Source of the DNA: Eledone cirrhosa
Lineage: Eukaryota
DNA: 64,000 bases
Assembly: GCA_964016885.1 (NCBI GenBank)
Contig: OZ024746.1
Location: forward strand, 37,882,001 to 37,946,000
Reading direction: 5' to 3'
Part shown: positions 56,816 through 64,000 of the stretch, piece after piece
Layout of the letters: each line of letters opens with the position of its first letter
How positions within the stretch are numbered: the stretch's first letter is position 1
Notes under the pieces: generated by a model
What the model was told of the DNA's origin: nothing
Seen by the model: only the letters and a program-made list of their open reading frames with translations
The model's database searches: none
Program-made: the position numbers and the translations under genes

Positions 56816-57802
56816 TGGAGATTAAGTTTTGCTAGGTCTCTTTCTAAAATATGATCCGTTCCATATGTCATATAAATGAGTTACCAAATCCCTGACCCGT
56901 TTCCTGAATGTTGTCTTACAGATTGCCAATGTATTAATTTGCATTACAGAACTCTGGGAATGTCGATCCCATTATATTTCAAACCACAAATCCATACCTT
57001 TTAGATTTTCTATTGGTGTTACCCAACATTTCCATTAATTTCACCCGTCAAGATAATAGTATCAATATTATTTATGATTGAGGTAATATGCAACTGAAAT
57101 TCACTGAAGTAAACCATCTATTTCATTTCAAATCCAGTTCAAGGTGAATATATAAAAAGAATCGTAACAGTTTTATATTATATAATTAGTCTATAGTTAA
57201 TTATCCAATCAATATCTCCGGCTGTCTTGATTAACGTTCTAGCACATCTACAATGTCGATGCAGTGAGCTACTGTATTGCTGATGTTGAATTCCGAAGTT
57301 TAGAAACTGATTGAAAGAATTATACTTAGTTACAGGTAGTGGTTTCATACCTATTGTCCGATGTATTCAAGTGGGGGTGACTGATTTCATCAGATTATAT
57401 ATAACGCAAATATCCTAGAACTAGACGTGCTGGTTTGTTAGGATGTGGACCGAGATCATCTTCATGGAAAGAGGTGGTAAGGTGCAAGAGAGATGTTATA
57501 TATCCCGAGGTTCCGCGCATAAACATAATATATATAGCTTTCGAACTAATAAATAATTGTTATTTGTCTTATGATAACAGATCAAATGAGTATTACGCAA
57601 CCAATTGGATGTCATATAAATGTGTCTAGCATCATTATATAATAAAAAAACATGTATATTCTACTATATCAGATCATTCATGTATGTTATCTTACATTCA
57701 TAGAAATTATAATTTTTTTCTCCCGTATATACTTCAATCATTGTGTAACATGTATCCACTAAATTGTGATGACATTCTTCTACCAACGTATGTCACTCCG
57801 TT

Positions 57803-57886
<84 letters not shown>

Positions 57887-57888
57887 AA

Positions 57889-57999
57889 CCAGTAAGACCC
57901 CGAGAGCTGAGCTCAAGCCGTTTCGACGGCTAATTCTGGACTCTGAGTCCAGAATTAGCCGTCGAAACGGCTTGAGCTCAGCTGTCGGGGTCTTACTGG
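57889..57999. repeat. Near-perfect hairpin, 55-bp arms, 1-nt loop, next to (TA)n
   Basis: Centre GGACTC-T-GAGTCC at 57944, one mismatch. Confidence 0.95.
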
Positions 58000-58082
58000 C
58001 TCATATTGCCCACTCTACTACCTCAAGTATTGAGTACTTTGGTGCGTTATGGTCCACCTGGTTCCTTACCACATTTCCTTCG

Positions 58083-58118
<36 letters not shown>

Positions 58119-58483
58119 GATAACAAGTTATCGTTATAGGTAATCCAGTTAGAGGTTATGAATACTCCGTACTGTGGATAGTTTTAGCGTACGGCGTAGT
58201 TTGACTCAACAAGAGCATTCCTTAGGTAGCGAGTTTATGAGTTCTCGGAAATTCCTATGTAAATTAATCTTGGAGTAATAATCTGATGATTTGGTCAAGC
58301 ATACATCGTATTTAAAATCGAGTGACACAACTTCAAGTGAATAGCAATTTTAAGACAACTTAATCAATGAAACAATTGTTAATACTGTAAATAAAACCGT
58401 TCTTGTACTGTTGACCATGTTATTCTTCACTCTTTCACTATATATATATATATAAGAACATTTCGCTCTACATGGCTGAAAAC

Positions 58484-58993
58484 AATAAATGTAATCTGAG
58501 TTTTTCGAATATTAATAATAACATTCGATTAGTTTGCAATTATGCAAACAAGCCTCAATTTTATAGCCATGTCAGTAGAATGAACACTTCGCTCTTGCTG
58601 TTGTGTTGGCATTCGAACAGAACTGCAGACACTAATGTCTCTGGGTATCACCCTTTATCATACAGCTTACTGTTCACCTGGCAAACTGTCAGAGGTAGTG
58701 AAATGATATGCTATTTTCAAAAATACACAGTGTAGATCGGACTGATTTGCATATTTGCAGACTGGCTGATCAGTCAGTATATATTTTCACTAGCTCTGAG
58801 AGTTTGGCAGGTGAACAGTGAGCTGTACTGACGAAGGGTGATACCCAGAATCATCAGTGTCTGCAGTTCTGTTCGAAGGCAAACACAAGAACATGAATGA
58901 AGTGTTCATTTTACTGACATGGCTATAAAATTGAGGCTTGTTTGCAAACCAACCGAATGTTACTGTTAATATTTGAAAAACTCAGATTACATT

Positions 58994-58997
<4 letters not shown>
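58484..58997. repeat. Diverged fold-back element with a decayed hammerhead in each arm
   Basis: 58484-58710 is inverse to 58778-58997. Right arm reads GAGCTGTA-CTGACGA-a-GGGT(gat)ACCC-a-GAAT-CA(tcag)TG-TC-TGCAGTTC at 58820-58869. Confidence 0.8.
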
Positions 58998-59029
<32 letters not shown>

Positions 59030-59047
59030 AATGTAATCTGAGTTTTA

Positions 59048-59960
59048 AAGGATTTACAGAAACCCAAGAAGCTAGATTTACCATCTTTCTAGCGGGTCCG
59101 GGTAAGCTTTTTACATTCATTTGATTTATTGATTTATTGATATTTTATGTGAGTTTCCCGAATCTTCCAGATCGTAATTTTTCGGTTGTATGGTTGATTT
59201 TAGACATGTTCTATGTGTGTCGGTATTTTAACGATAGTTATAGCTCTGATTTATCTGAATTATTGAGCCCTCTGCCGCTCATTTCGAATTTTGTTTATCG
59301 TGAACTCGTGCGCCGATTTTTCGATACTCGATTATTCTACTATATTTAGCTCTAGACTTAGCTATTGACCAGTTAATTTTATTGTTCATTTTTTGTCGAT
59401 TCTATTAAATGATGAATAGCTCCTGTTTATTTTAACATGTCTATTGAGCACTCTTATTCGATATGTGTATTTCCACATTTTCCCGAATATTTTTTGCGGA
59501 TATAGAGGTTATTTCCCTGGCTGAATTCCATGTGCGTTTCTTCAACTTGGGTTATGCCTTTCTATTCGTTCGGACAAAAGCTCGTTGAGGAAGTAAATGT
59601 CAGTCCGCTGCTTTCTAGAAGTCTTATATATTTTTATGTGGGCTGTTGGAGGGCGGTTTAAGGATTTACAGAAACCCAAGAAGCTAGATTTACCATCTTT
59701 CTAGCGGGTCCGGGTATGCTTTTTACATTCATTTGATTTATTGATTTATTGATATTTTATCTGAGTGTCCCGAATCTTCCAGATCGTAATTTTTCGGTTG
59801 TATGGTTGATTTTAGACATGTTCTATGTGTGTCGGTATTTTAACGATAGTTATAGCTCTGATTTATCTGAATTATTGTGCCCTCTGCCGCTCATTTCGAA
59901 TTTTGTTTATCGTGAACTCGTGCGCCGATTTTTCGATACTCGATTATTCTACTATATTTT
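59048..59960. repeat. 1.5-copy direct repeat of a 612-bp unit between (TA)n tracts
   Basis: 59048-59347 recurs at 59660-59960. Confidence 0.9.
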
Positions 59961-59989
59961 ATATATATATATATATATATATTTATAGA

Positions 59990-60108
59990 AGTGGTTACAC
60001 AACAGTTTGTTCACCATACCGAGAACAATTGTTTCACCTTAGAGCTGAGGATCCGCTAAGGTGAAACAATTGTTCTCGGTATGGTGAACTAACTGTTGTG
60101 TAACCACT
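59990..60108. repeat. Fold-back hairpin centred on a hammerhead core (60042-60077)
   Basis: 53-bp arms. The centre reads GAG-CTGAGGA-t-CC(gctaa)GG-t-GAA-ACAATTGT-T-CTC. Confidence 0.85.
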
Positions 60109-60200
60109 ACTATCTAACTCGTCCCATGGACTGAGTGCTCTACAACTACGGATATTACCTTCCAGTGTTCTACCACTATATATATATATATATAAATATA

Positions 60201-60262
<62 letters not shown>

Positions 60263-60705
60263 AAGAATGAAGAGTACATGGTTGACTGTACTGAGGTACT
60301 GACAATTGTTTCATTGATCTGGTGAGTCTAGGGGTCGCTAATCGCTTGACGTTGCGTCACTCGATCTCCAATACCATATTTACCTCTGATCAACACATCA
60401 GAGTACGTAGATATATCTACGTACCCTAGAGTCGCAGAATCAATGAAACAATTGTCAGTACTTGAAATAAAGCCCCTTATTGTACAACCATACATGTTAC
60501 TCTTCATGCTTTCACTATTATTACTCCAAGTATAACCTACATAGGAATTCTCGTGAACTCGCTACCTAACTATGGAAACATCTTGTTGAGTCAAACAAAG
60601 ACGTACGTTAAAACTATCCACGACGCAGTGTACTCACAACCTCTAACTGGATTACCTATAACGATAACTTGTTATCCCATATATATATATATTTATATAT
60701 ATACG

Positions 60706-60777
<72 letters not shown>

Positions 60778-60785
60778 TATATATA

Positions 60786-60826
<41 letters not shown>

Positions 60827-61892
60827 TATATATATATTGGTGTGTGTGTGTATGTATATAACTATAAATTTCGATATGAGAAACGTATAATATATATAGC
60901 GTAATTAAATGGATACGTTTTGGTGCGGTGAGATGAGAAGTGAACGTTCACATTGATATTTCGTTGAGTACATACGTGGAGTTGAATAAAATATTGACTC
61001 TTACTTGTAATCATATAGACCTATTTAGCCTCTTACTGGGCGGTGGATATTCTAAAATGAGCTTAATATATTACTACAATGAACAATGTCGGAATTTTGG
61101 CAATTTACATCGATATCCTAAACAAACAGCAACAATTTTGCCGTCTGTCAAAATATCATTGAACTATTAACTGCAGAATTCCACCGATATGTCAAAGTTC
61201 AGTTGTATCATGTACTCTGGAGAAGAATCAAAATCTTCTTTACATGATCATATATCACTGCTCACTTCCAATTGAATAACTTCATTCCTGATATTAATTA
61301 CTTTGTCTGGTAGCATTTGATATCATCAGAAAGTAATATCTGTCATATGTCGAGTGAAGGTTAGAATCACGTTGAAAATTACTGAGTGCTACCGACGTCT
61401 TGGTGTACCGGATTGATGATTTGTTCTGTGAAAGTTTTTAGATAAAATTATATATCAGTATAAATACTTGGCATTTATAAATGTACTTACTGGTTTGTAA
61501 CATTGCTCTAGACTTATTGGTGCCAACGAGGTTGAATTGTCTTGTATGAAATAATATAGATATCAATGTAGCTATATCTAGATATTTTTCTCTCAATGTT
61601 TGTGATTCTTCTTTCTTTACCGTTAAATATTTACGTGTCTGAATATATACATACACACAAACACATACACACATTAGTATATATCTCCTTCTTGATACAT
61701 ACAACCCCCACACTTAGATACCTCCACCACCATCACACCCGCCACCCACACGCACGCACGTAGACACCCACTCACACACATACACACGCACACACATATA
61801 TATATATATATATACCTATGTAATGTGTACGTATATGGATGTATTTTGTGCGTGTATGTGTGTGTATTTTTGTATAAGTAGCATTGATGTGA

Positions 61893-61960
<68 letters not shown>

Positions 61961-62206
61961 AGAGTGTGTGTGTGTGTGAGAGAGAGAGAGAATTTTCAAT
62001 ATCTGCAGATGCTGGACTAGGTTCAAACATATATAAATGTCCATATGTTTACTATATATGTTCATTAATGTTGAGGCATCGAGAGAATTCTGTCTCTATA
62101 AGTGTGTGTCTGCCTATATATATATATAGTATTAGAAAGTGAGGTTTTTTTCACAAAATGAAAAATAACCAGGGTGTCCTACACGAGTGAAAGTATAAAA
62201 AAAAAG

Positions 62207-62534
62207 ATGAAATCGAAAATGCAACTGGAGTCTTATTTAAAAAAATATATATATATTTATTTGGTTCCTTTACCGGTTTCGCAGTTCTTCTGCTTTTCAA
62301 AAGTAGAGTTGAGATGGAGGGTCTGTGGTTATTTTTACATCTGGTTGGTCTCTGAATGTTACTTCTTTTATATGGAAAAAAGTAAGTAACATTCAGAGAC
62401 CAACCAGATGTGAGAAAAACCACAGACCCTCCATCTCAACTCTACTTTTGAAAAGCAGAAGTACTGCGACACCGGTAAAGGAACCAAATTAATATATATA
62501 TTTAAAAAAAAATAAAACTGCAGTTGCATTTTCG

Positions 62535-62541
<7 letters not shown>
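62207..62541. repeat. Fold-back element, about 158-bp arms, 19-nt spacer
   Basis: 62207-62364 is inverse to 62384-62541. Confidence 0.9.
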
Positions 62542-62870
<329 letters not shown>

Positions 62871-64000
62871 ATATGATTCTTTATGAATCTTTATATTGAT
62901 AACATAATGAGATATCGTTGATTATTTTTGCACTGTTATCAATAGAGGTAGCGAGCGTGTGAGTTGTCGGCAATATTTAATTCTAACATGTATTTGTCTT
63001 TCTAGTCTTGCTATAATGCAGATTTTAATTGTAAAACATTGCTGTTACAATGCACTTTGCTATAGCACAGACAAAATCAGGAAAACAAAGCAACATGCCG
63101 TGTCCTGTGTTGATACAATCCATCAGCAGGTGTATTCTTAAGTTTATTTTCAGTAAGGTGTTGCGCTTTATCTAAGCACAAAGAAGAAAGTTGCGTAATT
63201 GCTAGGGCTTGGAAACAGATTTCTCCTCGCATATTAATTTCACGTTAAGGCCATGTTTTCAAACAATAAGTTATATATATATTCTCGGTTATAAACGTTA
63301 CTAAATCTTAAGCAATTCTGTTTAAATGATTGGTTATAGGCATGGACTTTCCAGGCTCTCTCTATGTGTTTATAATAAGCTTAATTCTTGGATTAACTGA
63401 GTTAATATTTTGTTTTGAATAGCAGCATATTTCAACGCCGAGTTATATGATTGACTTAAAATAATAAAAACAGGAATGTAAGACAGTGTATTATGCAGTT
63501 CACTCCTTGTAAAGAAAACCTGGAGTTGTTTTTGTGTATAAAGAACCAATTCAGGAATCGAAATAATTATGAAACATTTGAAAACTTCATCACATATGGA
63601 TGAAATATTGATGGTTAATGGAAGACTAAGTTTTATAATAAAAGTACTCCTAACACCACATTTCACGAATGGACTGGCTTTCAATTTAGACTTAATCGCT
63701 TGCAGAAAAAATATGTTAGAACCAAGTACTGTAAAATTCGTAAAGCTATGAACTTCTTGTTATCACTAAATGTAATCCATAAAAAGGGAAATACTGAAGA
63801 AGAAAAAATAACAGAAGTAAAACAAAACAAGCAAAAAAGAAAAGATATACAGACACATAGTTGTATTCACAACATAATGCATTATCCACTGATTAACTTC
63901 ATGGTACTGTGTATCAGATATAGACAAGCAGGTAATGCTTTCTCCTTCATAATATCTCAAGTATTTGACAAGTTCATGCCATTTTAATATATATTTTTAA

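Larger units (their letters stand above)
58115..60680. repeat. Nested cluster of (TA)n-flanked elements enclosed by inverted copies of one element (58115-58440 versus 60257-60680)
   Basis: 58115-58283 is inverse to 60517-60680. 58283-58440 is inverse to 60257-60400. 60439-60517 folds back on 60257-60318. Confidence 0.75.

Overview
Repeat-dense, AT-rich animal genomic DNA. A coleoid cephalopod such as octopus is inferred from the (TA)n/(TG)n tracts, Nin-domain-like tRNA-SINEs and RTE LINEs. No host protein-coding gene can be supported. Coding sequence belongs to retroelements: two families of Penelope-like elements (PLE; RT plus C-terminal GIY-YIG endonuclease, all copies disrupted), a near-intact RTE LINE (46.5-49.8 kb) and truncated RTE copies. 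The main unexplained signal is non-coding. Three tandem arrays (467, 310 and 505 bp units) carry a minimal type I hammerhead ribozyme (HHR) in each full unit, i.e. retrozyme-like arrays. The 505-bp array is a 7.5-kb head-to-head palindrome with 15 HHRs. About nine further sequence-unrelated elements between (TA)n tracts also carry intact, variant (U3-A8 core) or decayed HHRs. The inverted elements whose sense strand can be determined mostly have both 3' ends pointing outward towards (TA)n. Three divergent HHR families share an octamer (ATGCAAAT) block about 90-100 nt upstream of the ribozyme core. All RNA folds were read by eye and need computational and biochemical confirmation.
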